Source: Bacteroidia bacterium
GTDB taxonomy: Bacteria; Bacteroidota; Bacteroidia; Bacteroidales; GWA2-32-17
Length of the DNA stretch: 64,000 bases
Assembly: GCA_016218155.1 (NCBI GenBank)
Contig: JACREQ010000111.1
Location: 31,035-95,034, forward strand
Reading direction: 5' to 3'
Shown here in pieces: positions 42,831 to 52,374 of the stretch. Both the position numbers and the translations under genes were made by a program. Positions within the stretch are counted from its first letter, which is position 1. Each line of letters opens with the position of its first letter. The notes beneath the pieces were generated by a model, which worked only from the letters and a program-made list of their open reading frames with translations, made no database searches and was not told where the DNA came from.

Positions 42831-43793
42831 TTATTCAAATAATATTTTTTCATTTGTTGAATACTCATAATGATCGTAAACTATAGTTCTGGCTCCAAAG
42901 CCCTCTTTTTGAAAAATTAATTTTGTATTTAAAAATTTCCCAGAATTTAAAGTTGAATTTCCGAAATCAAAATAAGACATTTCCGAATATACTTCATTAA
43001 TTAAAAAATTAAAAAGAAAATCTAAGCTACCGTTTACCTTCCCATCAAAACTTGCACTAATGTATTGGCAATGTGCAATTTTATTTTCTTCAAAAATTAA
43101 TACTCCTGCTTCAATTTTACTACAATTTTCTGCTACAAAGAGTTTAATGTTTTGTGGAAACTTTTCTGCTAAATACTCTATTTCTGAAAGAGAATGAATC
43201 GCTTTAACTCCATGTTTGTTTAACAAATTATTATTTAACAAATCCCAGTATTCTTTATAATTATTTGTTTGTCGTCCTACTATGCCGAGTTTTGCTGCCT
43301 TCTTAATACCCCTTTTTCGTAATTCCGAGAATGGTAGCTTATTTCTAAAATCAATACAAGAGGAAGCTAAAGATGCTATTTTTTGTGCATTGAGATTAAA
43401 CATTATATAAATATCTTCTTGAGAAGGAATACTATGATATATAAAAGGTATTGGCTTATAAACTACTTTTTCAATCCCTAAATGCTTTAGAAACGAGTTG
43501 ATTTCATTAAAAATACTAATAACCTCTGTAATATAAATTTTTTTTGGGAGAATTATTCCACCATAGGTTAAACCTTGATGTGAATAATATATTTTTTCTT
43601 TTATTGTTCCAGGCAATAATGCCATTAATTTATTTTCAGAAAAAATCATTAATGAAGAGTCAGGGAAAATATGTTGATGATATTCAATAAAAGTTCTATT
43701 AAATAAAAAAGTTCCATTTTTACTTTCCAATAAAAAATTATTCCAAATATCTTTATTTTCTTGTTTATAAAATTCAATTTTTATGTCTTTCAT
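42831..43793 (-). CDS. FemAB-like / GNAT-fold acyl- or aminoacyl-transferase
   Basis: 320 aa. The two-lobed pattern (WNNFLLESKNGTFLFNRTFIEYH... and ...KLFVAENCSKIEAGVLIFEE) resembles FemAB-like GNAT proteins found in glycan loci. This is a by-eye assignment. Confidence 0.5.
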   Translation of the reverse strand: MKDIKIEFYKQENKDIWNNFLLESKNGTFLFNRTFIEYHQHIFPDSSLMIFSENKLMALLPGTIKEKIYYSHQGLTYGGIILPKKIYITEVISIFNEINSFLKHLGIEKVVYKPIPFIYHSIPSQEDIYIMFNLNAQKIASLASSCIDFRNKLPFSELRKRGIKKAAKLGIVGRQTNNYKEYWDLLNNNLLNKHGVKAIHSLSEIEYLAEKFPQNIKLFVAENCSKIEAGVLIFEENKIAHCQYISASFDGKVNGSLDFLFNFLINEVYSEMSYFDFGNSTLNSGKFLNTKLIFQKEGFGARTIVYDHYEYSTNEKILFE

Positions 43794-43802
43794 TTTTTTG
43801 AA

Positions 43803-44621
43803 TTATATCTTTTTACCAGAAATAATACCATACCCCCAAACTCCAGAATAATAAACCTTCTCTAAAAAATCACATGAGTGACTAAAATTAAAAATATCTT
43901 CTTTAACAAATGATTTATTTACTTCGGCTCCGTTTTTTTCTAAATTCTCTTTCCAATATCTAATTGTTGGTATTACGTTTTTTGAAATATCTTCTTTTTC
44001 AATTTTATTAAAACCGCTTGTTTTTAATAATTCTTCATAAAACTCTAAAGTATCCAATCGCGCTTTTCCGAAAACTTTTTCTAGAATTTTTAAGGAATTT
44101 TGCCATTCGAAAATTTCTTTTGCTGTTGGATATTTGTTAAATGTTAAATCACACAATACCATTTGGCCTCCTGGTTTTAAAACCCGAAATGCTTCGTTTA
44201 TAAGCTTTTGTTTATCATCAATTAAATGCGACATTTCCATAATCCAAACCACATCAAACGAGTTTTCTGAAAATTGATTATCAATTGCATCTCGAAAATG
44301 AAATTTAACTTTTTGTGAAATATTTTCACTTTGTGCCATTTTATTTGCAGCGCTTATACCATTTTTACTGTTAGAAATTCCATCAACTGTACAATTGAAT
44401 TTTTTGTGCAAATACGCAGCAGGATTGCCAATTCCGCATCCTACATCTAAAAGTTTTTTTGTCCCATCAAGATTAATTTTCTCATACATTTTATCAATTA
44501 GCAAATCGGTTGCTTTTTCTAAAGTATCGGTTTCAGGACGAAAATATCCCCAATGAAAATTTTTCCCTAATAAAAACTCCCATGGAGTAGTTATATAATC
44601 GTAATGTTGGCTATTATCCAT
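43803..44621 (-). CDS. class I SAM-dependent methyltransferase
   Basis: 272 aa. Motif I is LLDVGCGIGNPA, and VLKPGGQMVLCD lies later in the sequence. Confidence 0.8.
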   Translation of the reverse strand: MDNSQHYDYITTPWEFLLGKNFHWGYFRPETDTLEKATDLLIDKMYEKINLDGTKKLLDVGCGIGNPAAYLHKKFNCTVDGISNSKNGISAANKMAQSENISQKVKFHFRDAIDNQFSENSFDVVWIMEMSHLIDDKQKLINEAFRVLKPGGQMVLCDLTFNKYPTAKEIFEWQNSLKILEKVFGKARLDTLEFYEELLKTSGFNKIEKEDISKNVIPTIRYWKENLEKNGAEVNKSFVKEDIFNFSHSCDFLEKVYYSGVWGYGIISGKKI

Positions 44622-44630
44622 ATTTAAATT

Positions 44631-45359
44631 TTAAATTGTTCCAGAATCTACAAATATATTCTGACCAGTTATTGATTTTGAATCATCTGCCAATAAAAAC
44701 GAAATAGTTTTAGCTACACTCCCCAAATCAGTTGCTTCTTTTAAAGAGGTTCTTTTATATATTCTATTCTTTTGTTCATCTGTTAATGTTGCACTCATTT
44801 CAGTTTCCATAAAACCAGCAACTATACAATTTGAACGAATTCCTATTTCGCCCCATTCGCGAGCTGTATTTTTCGAATATGCTTCTAAAGCCCCTTTGCT
44901 GGCAGCATACATCGACAATCCTTTGTATCCTGTATGTACACTTATTGATGAAATATGAATTATACTTCCTTTTGTTTTATGAAACAACATATTTCTAATA
45001 ATATTAGATGTCATTAACATTGGAGCAAATACATTTAAGTTAAACATTTTATCAAGTGGTTCGTGCATTGTGTTAGTAATTATTTCGTCATAGGCTAATG
45101 CAGCATTATTAACAAAACCATCAATTTTAACATTATACGATAAAAAGTTTTTAAAAACTTTTTCTTTTATGTTTTTTGAATCAGATAAATCAAAAAGATC
45201 AATAAATAGATTTTCTGGAAATTGATTTTTCAATCTTTCTAATTCACTCGTTAGGCTTCTGTTTATTGCATAAACATTACATCCATTTTGTAAAAGCTCT
45301 TTTGCAATTTCTAATCCTAATCCCTTTGAAGCTCCGGTTAAAACTATATTTTTGTTCAT
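44631..45359 (-). CDS. short-chain dehydrogenase/reductase (FabG-like ketoreductase)
   Basis: 242 aa. It has VLTGASKGLGLEIA (TGxxxGxG), NNAA, and the catalytic YAASK. Confidence 0.85.
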   Translation of the reverse strand: MNKNIVLTGASKGLGLEIAKELLQNGCNVYAINRSLTSELERLKNQFPENLFIDLFDLSDSKNIKEKVFKNFLSYNVKIDGFVNNAALAYDEIITNTMHEPLDKMFNLNVFAPMLMTSNIIRNMLFHKTKGSIIHISSISVHTGYKGLSMYAASKGALEAYSKNTAREWGEIGIRSNCIVAGFMETEMSATLTDEQKNRIYKRTSLKEATDLGSVAKTISFLLADDSKSITGQNIFVDSGTI

Positions 45360-45362
45360 CTG

Positions 45363-46577
45363 CTATTTTGATTTGCCATTATTAGTCATTTCAACTTTAT
45401 CAATAAACTTATATATTCTAGGTATTTTAAAATCCTGTAACTTCGTATTCAAAAAAGTTCTTATCTGTTCTTCTGTTAACTTGCAATTATTTTCAAAAAG
45501 AATTTCTGCACAAACAATATTTCCTAACACAGAATTTTTTTTTGCAAACACCTTTACGTAACTTACCTCGGGCAATTGTATAATGGTTTCTTCTATTTCT
45601 TTAGGATTAATTTTATATCCACCAGAATTTATCATCTCGGTTTTTCGTCCATTGAATTTAAATAAAAGTGGCACCTCTGAAACAATTTGCACTAAATCGC
45701 CAGTATAATACCAATCATCAGCTAATTGAAAACTTTTAGCTAATAATGATTTAAAAATCTGCAATTCATTATCAACTATTTTAATTTTACCTGCATATTG
45801 TTCAGGAATACTAAATAATTCGCCTTTTGATGTGAGTAATGAACCAACTTCTGTTGATGCATATATGTTATAAAATTTCGCATTCGGAAAAAACTGTTTC
45901 ATTTTTTCAATTAGGCTATCATCAGTTTTTTCGCCACCAAACGTTACTTTACTAATAAGATTAAATGCTTGTTGAAATGGTAAAAGCAATCTATAGAAAG
46001 TAGGTGTTGCTGATATATTTGTTATATTATACTTATTAAATTGTATAAATATGTTTTCTCTTTTTTGTGAAAAGAGATAAATTAATGAGTTTTTATTAAA
46101 AAATGCCTGAAAGAATACCTGTAAGCCAGCCATATGAGTTGGATTATAACAATATGCCCACGCATTATCAGAGTATTTATTATTTATTTTAATATTACGT
46201 GTTAAACTCTCAACCGAATGAATTACTTTTTTTGGTGTACCTGTAGTTCCAGAAGTAAATAAAGTAATTTCAGAATTTGAAGCCTTAACTCTTTCTATTA
46301 TTAAATCAATATTATTTATATCAATTTTAATCTTTGTTGTTTCAAAATACTTTTGTTCAATTTCAAGCTTTATTATTTCATTGTCGCTTATATCATTGTC
46401 TACCAAAATAATATTACTACCCGAAACTAACCCTTTTATTAAGTTTAATAAATATTTCCCAATATTAGGATTTTTATAACAAGGTGTATAATCATTAGCA
46501 CTATTTAAATAATCTAATAAATATTGATAAGTAAAGCTTGTGTGACTATTTTCGTCAACAAAGAACAAATTATTCAT
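45363..46577 (-). CDS. AMP-forming adenylating ligase (acyl- or aminoacyl-carrier-protein ligase)
   Basis: 404 aa. The AMP-binding core LFTSGTTGTPKKV is present, with YYTGDL and GYKINPKEIE. It is short for the family and is immediately followed by an SDR and preceded by a carrier protein. Confidence 0.8.
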   Translation of the reverse strand: MNNLFFVDENSHTSFTYQYLLDYLNSANDYTPCYKNPNIGKYLLNLIKGLVSGSNIILVDNDISDNEIIKLEIEQKYFETTKIKIDINNIDLIIERVKASNSEITLFTSGTTGTPKKVIHSVESLTRNIKINNKYSDNAWAYCYNPTHMAGLQVFFQAFFNKNSLIYLFSQKRENIFIQFNKYNITNISATPTFYRLLLPFQQAFNLISKVTFGGEKTDDSLIEKMKQFFPNAKFYNIYASTEVGSLLTSKGELFSIPEQYAGKIKIVDNELQIFKSLLAKSFQLADDWYYTGDLVQIVSEVPLLFKFNGRKTEMINSGGYKINPKEIEETIIQLPEVSYVKVFAKKNSVLGNIVCAEILFENNCKLTEEQIRTFLNTKLQDFKIPRIYKFIDKVEMTNNGKSK

Positions 46578-46579
46578 TT

Positions 46580-46813
46580 TTACAAAATATTCAATTCTCT
46601 TTTAACTTCTCCAATAGTATTAATAAGACCTTTTTCAAATACATCTATACCAAACTTTTCTTCAATCCTTACGGTTAATTCGGCCAGATTAAATGAATCA
46701 AAACCAAGATCGTTTCTTAAATGCATATTATCATTAACTGATTCTACAGTTTTTTTGTTAGCATTAGCTAAAACAGTATTAATTATTTCCAAAAGTTCGT
46801 TCATATAAAACAT
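46580..46813 (-). CDS. acyl/peptidyl carrier protein
   Basis: 77 aa with the motif LGFDSFNLAELTVRIEEKFG (attachment Ser). Confidence 0.8.
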   Translation of the reverse strand: MFYMNELLEIINTVLANANKKTVESVNDNMHLRNDLGFDSFNLAELTVRIEEKFGIDVFEKGLINTIGEVKRELNIL

Positions 46814-47238
46814 TATTTTAATATTAAAAAATCATTATACTTCCTTAAATAATCACTTTCTTCATATTTCTCTGAAGTCAGTACTAAACAAATTGCTCCT
46901 GATGAAAAATTTAATTCGTGAGCCCAAATACCTGGAGGGATATGCAAAGCATAAAATGGTCTGTTTAAAAAAATATTTCTATTATTTGTTCCATCATCTA
47001 TCTCAACTTCAAAACTACCGCTGGCTGCAACTAAAAACTGATGACACTCCTTGTGTGCATGTGCCCCACGAGATTCTCCACCAGGTATATCATATATATA
47101 AAACACTCTTTTAATCTCAAAACATAGTTGTTCATTGTTAGTAACAACAGTAATATTTCCTGCCGGATTATGAATTTTTGGTAATTGCACAATTTTGCAA
47201 TCATCAATAGTACTTGTATGAAAATTTATTTTTTGCAC
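46813..47238 (-). CDS. WxcM/FdtA-like cupin (dTDP-4-keto-6-deoxyhexose 3,4-ketoisomerase), copy A
   Basis: 141 aa. Family blocks are LPKIHNPAGNITV, FEIKRVFYIYDIPGGESRGAHAHK and ALHIPPGIWA. Confidence 0.8.
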   Translation of the reverse strand: MQKINFHTSTIDDCKIVQLPKIHNPAGNITVVTNNEQLCFEIKRVFYIYDIPGGESRGAHAHKECHQFLVAASGSFEVEIDDGTNNRNIFLNRPFYALHIPPGIWAHELNFSSGAICLVLTSEKYEESDYLRKYNDFLILK

Positions 47239-47627
47239 AGCTTTAAAAAATCATGAAAATTATAAATATAATCATCGGGGTTATAAACTTGAGAAGCTAA
47301 TATAAGACATAATGAGTTAGTCGAAAAATTTTCCATTCTTCTCCAAATTCCATTTGGCACATAAAGCCCATAATAAGATCTGTTTAAAGAAAACACTTCT
47401 TCTTTAACTCCATTATGAAGAACTACATCAAAACTTCCGGATAAAGCAATTACAAATTCATGTAATGTTTTATATGCATGTCCTCCACGCACCTGTCCGC
47501 CGGGCACATCATAAATCCAGTATGCTCGTTTTATTTCAAAAGGAATATGATTTCCGCCTTCAAGAAATGATAAGTTTCCGCGAGGGTCGGTTATTTTTGG
47601 AAGATCAATTCGGTATACGTTATCCAT
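47226..47627 (-). CDS. WxcM/FdtA-like cupin (3,4-ketoisomerase), copy B
   Basis: Family blocks are LPKITDPRGNLSFLE, FEIKRAYWIYDVPGGQVRGGHAYK and GLYVPNGIWR. I chose the Met at 47627 (MDNVYRIDLPKI). The ORF-track start at 47684 would overlap the upstream gene by 29 nt. Confidence 0.75.
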   Translation of the reverse strand: MDNVYRIDLPKITDPRGNLSFLEGGNHIPFEIKRAYWIYDVPGGQVRGGHAYKTLHEFVIALSGSFDVVLHNGVKEEVFSLNRSYYGLYVPNGIWRRMENFSTNSLCLILASQVYNPDDYIYNFHDFLKLCKK

Positions 47628-47655
47628 TATCGATTTGGGATTTAGGATTTGGGAT

Positions 47656-48756
47656 TTAAAATTTATTGATTTTTCCAACAACATATTCTGCTTCCTGTAT
47701 AGTTAAAACAGGGCTAATTGGTAAACTTAATACCTGATCGTGTATTGTTTCAGTAATAGGAAATGACAAGTTATTCCATTCTTTATATGCAATTTGTTTA
47801 TGTGGCGGTACAGGGTAATGTATTACAGTTTGAATACCATTATCTAATAAATATTTTTGTAACTCGTCCCGTTTTTCTGTTTTTATTACAAAAAGATGCC
47901 ATACCGGTTTTCCGTAATTCGCAACAATTGGCAATATAATTTTGGAATTTTTAATTTTAGACAGATAGTAATCTGCAATTTTTTGACGATGTTCGTTTTC
48001 TGTATCCAAATATTTTAATCTAATAGAAAGTATAGCTGCCTGTATTTCATCCAAACGACTATTAGTACCCTTATACAAATTATAATATTTTTTATGAGAG
48101 CCATAATTTCTTAAAGCATTTACAGTTTCTGCCAATTTATCATCGTTTGTTGTTATAGCACCTCCATCGCCCAAAGCTCCAAGATTTTTTCCGGGATAAA
48201 AACTAAACCCCGCCGCATCTCCAAAGCTTCCGGCTTTGATTTTATTGCACGTTGCACCATGCGCCTGGGCAGCATCTTCAATTACAAGTAAATTATGTTT
48301 TTTTGCAATCTCAAGAACATGGGTCATGTCAGCACATTGTCCGTATAAATGAACCGGCATTATTGCCTTCGTTTTAGATGAAATCTTTTCCTCTATTTTT
48401 AGTGAATCAATATTAAAAGTATTAGATTCAGGTTCAACCAAAACCGGCACTAAACCATTTGCAGAAATTGATAATATAGTAGCAATATATGTATTTGCAG
48501 GAACAATTATTTCATCGCCTTGCTTTAATTTTCCTATCTCAATATAAGCGCGAAATATTAGTATTAATGCATCTAAACCATTTGCTACACCAATGCAATG
48601 TTTTACTCCAATATATTTTGCAAAATTCTTTTCGAATTCTTCAACCTCTTTTCCTAAAATAAACCATCCGGATTCTATAACACTGTTTATTGCATTTTGA
48701 ATCTCAATATTATATGGCTTAATTATTTTTTGTATATCAAGAAATTTTATCTCCAT
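47656..48756 (-). CDS. DegT/DnrJ/EryC1/StrS-family sugar aminotransferase (FdtB/QdtB-like)
   Basis: 366 aa. It has DAAQAHGA and the PLP-Lys block [16 protein letters not shown]. It is adjacent to the FdtA-like cupins. Confidence 0.85.
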   Translation of the reverse strand: MEIKFLDIQKIIKPYNIEIQNAINSVIESGWFILGKEVEEFEKNFAKYIGVKHCIGVANGLDALILIFRAYIEIGKLKQGDEIIVPANTYIATILSISANGLVPVLVEPESNTFNIDSLKIEEKISSKTKAIMPVHLYGQCADMTHVLEIAKKHNLLVIEDAAQAHGATCNKIKAGSFGDAAGFSFYPGKNLGALGDGGAITTNDDKLAETVNALRNYGSHKKYYNLYKGTNSRLDEIQAAILSIRLKYLDTENEHRQKIADYYLSKIKNSKIILPIVANYGKPVWHLFVIKTEKRDELQKYLLDNGIQTVIHYPVPPHKQIAYKEWNNLSFPITETIHDQVLSLPISPVLTIQEAEYVVGKINKF

Positions 48757-48828
48757 TTTAAGGTACTAGATTTTCTATTAAAAATTCAGAAATTACAACT
48801 ATATTTATAAATGACACCAAAAATAATT

Positions 48829-49983
48829 TTATGATTTAATGTTTAAAACCTTTTCTATTGTCTCATGCAATTTTGATGCAAAAGCATTCCAATTTAATAC
48901 TGTTTCAAATCTTTTGCGAGAAAGAACTGACATCTCTCTATATTTTTCTTTATTCTTTATCAGAAATAATATCTGTTTTGCATAATCGACATAGTTACTA
49001 TCACGCGGAAGTACAATACCTGTTTCATTATTTATAACTATTTCAGATATATCACCAATACTATTAGAAATACATGGCAAACCATAGGCGGCAGCTTCAC
49101 AAAAAACAATTCCATACATTTCTGCTCCTGGAAACAATATAAAAAAATGGGCATCAATATATAACTTATCAATAATCGACAATTCTTGAGGATTATTCTT
49201 ATTAAGCATCGGATAATTTGTAATATACGGTCTGCTAAATTCATCAGGAACTTTACTGCCAACAATTGTTAGCTGAATATTTACATTTTGTTTAATAAGT
49301 TCATCACAAATTGCAATAGCAATTGCCCCGCCTTTTCTGTCCCAACCCTTACCAACAAATAAAAGTTTTACAGGCTCATTATCCTTAATCTCTTTTATAG
49401 AAAACTTTATATTATCTGTATTTAAATTAGCGCCAAATGGTATTACAGTAATTTTAGATGATGATATATTAAAATCATTAACTAACGAAGGAATAATCCA
49501 CTTTGATGATGACACTATATGAACAGCTTTATCTGAAACAGTTATTGCACAGTGTCTTTGAGATTTTAAATATTTTTTAGACCAACCCTTTCCATTGTTA
49601 TACTCTTTATAAAGTAAATCAACTGTAGCATCAGTTATTATAAATAATGGAGTGCTGCTATTTGTGTAAAGAAAAGGAATATTTGAAGGTGAAACTATTG
49701 CATCAACCGGATCATTTTTCAATATGTTATCTATGTACTTTGCATAAATCTTTGGTAAAAAATAAGAATGATAATAATTTACACATTGTTTTCTGGTTAA
49801 TTTATTTAATATTGACGAAAACGAAGTAAATAAAAAATATAATAACCGATTACCTTTTTTAATAGGGCTAATGGTAACAATTTCATTAAAACTATTTTTA
49901 AGATGATTATACATATAATAAGGAGTACCTGACCAGATCCCCTTATCGTGAACATTTTGCGGAAGAATAAATGCAATTTTCAT
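48829..49983 (-). CDS. family 4 (GT-B) glycosyltransferase
   Basis: 384 aa. The C-terminal block GAEMYGIVFCEAAAYGLPCISNSIGDISEIV is EX7E-like. Confidence 0.8.
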   Translation of the reverse strand: MKIAFILPQNVHDKGIWSGTPYYMYNHLKNSFNEIVTISPIKKGNRLLYFLFTSFSSILNKLTRKQCVNYYHSYFLPKIYAKYIDNILKNDPVDAIVSPSNIPFLYTNSSTPLFIITDATVDLLYKEYNNGKGWSKKYLKSQRHCAITVSDKAVHIVSSSKWIIPSLVNDFNISSSKITVIPFGANLNTDNIKFSIKEIKDNEPVKLLFVGKGWDRKGGAIAIAICDELIKQNVNIQLTIVGSKVPDEFSRPYITNYPMLNKNNPQELSIIDKLYIDAHFFILFPGAEMYGIVFCEAAAYGLPCISNSIGDISEIVINNETGIVLPRDSNYVDYAKQILFLIKNKEKYREMSVLSRKRFETVLNWNAFASKLHETIEKVLNIKS

Positions 49984-50029
49984 TTTTGCAAAATACGTTA
50001 ATTTGGAACAATAAAATGACTAATTATAA

Positions 50030-51316
50030 TCACATCTCAGTTTCCTTTAATTCTATTTCATTTAATAAATATAAAAGAGCAATTACAATATTTAAAAGCA
50101 TTAGTCCTTGTACAGAAAAATAGCTTGAAGAAAAACCATGAAAAAAAAAGAAAACAGGCATTATAGCAAAGCCTAAAGCATATGATTTGGCTGATATAGA
50201 TTTCGCTGACTTATATATCTTAATTCCTGTTTTATATATTTTAATATAAATCAGAAAAAACAAATAAACACCAATTAATCCAAAAACAAGTATAACATTT
50301 TGCCATGTAGAATCGCCATTAAGAGCATATGGATCATTATAAACAACTGATATAACTTCTTCTGAATTGTAATCATTATAGTTTAATCCAACCCCAAATA
50401 CCGGCACTTCGCTAAGTAACACACCCATCTTATCTGAAAACATCTGATATCTTGTTGCAAAAGTTCCTTCATTTTTTGAAATATCATTATAACCAGATAA
50501 CATTCTATTTGAAAAAACAGAAGAATTAAAGCCAATAGCTGTAAATATTGTTAACACAGAAAACCCTATAATACTTAAAAGTAATGCATAGTTAAACAAC
50601 ATTGACAGGCGCCTTGTTTGTTTTAAATGAATATAAAGTATAAGCGAATATGAAATAAATAATCCGAAAATAAAGCCTCTTGAGAGTGTGAGAATACAAA
50701 CAACAAGCGATAAAATAACAACAAAATATTTATATAGCATTTTGTTAGTCGCCGGTTTAGAAATAATTTCTGATAAACCCAAAATTGTCATTGGTGCCAC
50801 GATAAAAATTCCGGGATTATTTATTCTCCTTATCCCTTCATAATCGGCAGCCCCCCCAGATGCTTCAAAATCTGCACCTGTAATAAACTGATAAAGATAT
50901 ACAGAGGAGGCAATAAATGCAATCCAATAAAGTGTATTCATAAAATACTTAATATCACTCTCATCATTAATTAATTTAATCATTGGAAAGAATAAGACGA
51001 TAGTATAAATAGGAATTAATCTTTGAGCAATTAGACCTATTCCTATACCTTGGAATAAGATGCCCCTAATTATTTCTACAAACAATAAGCCTATAATTAA
51101 AACATAAGGCAAAAGAAATCCTTTAAATATTACTATTTTTTTCTTTTTAATAAAATATGAGATAAAAAGCAGATATATTATTAAAACAAGACTATCTGTA
51201 ACATTAAAGAATGGTGTTCTTAGTGATAACCAATACCATGCAATACCAAAAGTTTTTAAACCACCGGTTACAATAAAAAGAGTTATTAATAATATATTTA
51301 ATTTGTTACGAAACAT
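50030..51316 (-). CDS. Wzy-type O-antigen/capsule repeat-unit polymerase (O-antigen ligase-like family)
   Basis: 428 aa, about 10-12 TM segments, very AT-rich. A loop between late TM segments is typical of Wzy. It shares the locus with Wzx. Confidence 0.65.
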   Translation of the reverse strand: MFRNKLNILLITLFIVTGGLKTFGIAWYWLSLRTPFFNVTDSLVLIIYLLFISYFIKKKKIVIFKGFLLPYVLIIGLLFVEIIRGILFQGIGIGLIAQRLIPIYTIVLFFPMIKLINDESDIKYFMNTLYWIAFIASSVYLYQFITGADFEASGGAADYEGIRRINNPGIFIVAPMTILGLSEIISKPATNKMLYKYFVVILSLVVCILTLSRGFIFGLFISYSLILYIHLKQTRRLSMLFNYALLLSIIGFSVLTIFTAIGFNSSVFSNRMLSGYNDISKNEGTFATRYQMFSDKMGVLLSEVPVFGVGLNYNDYNSEEVISVVYNDPYALNGDSTWQNVILVFGLIGVYLFFLIYIKIYKTGIKIYKSAKSISAKSYALGFAIMPVFFFFHGFSSSYFSVQGLMLLNIVIALLYLLNEIELKETEM

Positions 51317-52347
51317 TTTTGTAAAATATATTTAGCTGCAATTTCAGGAGTATAATTAGCATTTACATGCTGTAATAAAGTATCAGTTAAAATTGTTCTT
51401 TCATTCTCGTTCTCCAGATAATATTTAACAACATCAGCAACTTCTGAATAATCTTTAATGACAGGGATTTTTATTGACCCGAAAATTAAGGGAATATCTT
51501 TCCGATATTCAACAATAGGTAATATTCCAGAGCCAATAGACTCTAATACCCGAAGATGAATACCATTAAGAATGCCTGGATTACCATCAACCACAGTAAT
51601 TTTTGAGCAATTATACACACAATTTACTTCACTAAAAGTAAGCGGTTTTTTTCTTAAAACAACTTTATTTTTAAGTTGAGGAAAATATGAAAACCATTTA
51701 ACCCATGACGAATCACCATAAATCTTTAAATCAAACTCTGTTAATTTGCTAAATAATAAAGCCTTTTTATATCCCCAAGTATCGTGATAGTTACGACCGA
51801 CATACACAACATCATTAGCAAACTGCTTCTTTTCATCTTCTGTTATTTCTGTTATAAAGTTTGTTTTATTAGAATAACCCCAAAGAAGATAATCAACATT
51901 TTTAATCCCAATAACTTTTAGTTGTTCAATCCAGAAAGTATCGGGCGCAAAAATATAATCGGCCTGTAAAAATGTGGGTAGATTATATGATCTTTTATGA
52001 ACAAAATAAGGACTATCACCTAAATAAAAAACCAATTTAGAAGTTTCTTTTATTTTTATTGCTGTTTCGGGCAACAATTGCATATCATTATATGCTATTA
52101 CTAATTCAGGCTTTTCTTTTTCAATAATTTCTAAATATTTACTATTTAAGTTTGCCTGAATTTTTGATAGTGCTTTTCCAAAATATTTTACAGGCAACCG
52201 TGAGTATAATCTTGTTCTTCTTTTCTGAAATCTACTTGAATAATCATTTGGGTCAATTACAATAACTGACCATCCCAGACTTTCAAATCCTTGAACAACC
52301 AACGATGTTAAAGTGTATGCTTTAAGTGATATTAGTACAATTTTCAT
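51298..52347 (-). CDS. CgeB-like / DUF3880-type glycosyltransferase-family protein
   Basis: 349 aa. The C-terminal block NGIHLRVLESIGSGILPIVEY resembles the Glyco_trans_1_2 (CgeB) family. This is a by-eye assignment. Confidence 0.5.
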   Translation of the reverse strand: MKIVLISLKAYTLTSLVVQGFESLGWSVIVIDPNDYSSRFQKRRTRLYSRLPVKYFGKALSKIQANLNSKYLEIIEKEKPELVIAYNDMQLLPETAIKIKETSKLVFYLGDSPYFVHKRSYNLPTFLQADYIFAPDTFWIEQLKVIGIKNVDYLLWGYSNKTNFITEITEDEKKQFANDVVYVGRNYHDTWGYKKALLFSKLTEFDLKIYGDSSWVKWFSYFPQLKNKVVLRKKPLTFSEVNCVYNCSKITVVDGNPGILNGIHLRVLESIGSGILPIVEYRKDIPLIFGSIKIPVIKDYSEVADVVKYYLENENERTILTDTLLQHVNANYTPEIAAKYILQKCFVTN

Positions 52348-52374
52348 TTCTTAAATATTTATGATTGTACGTTG

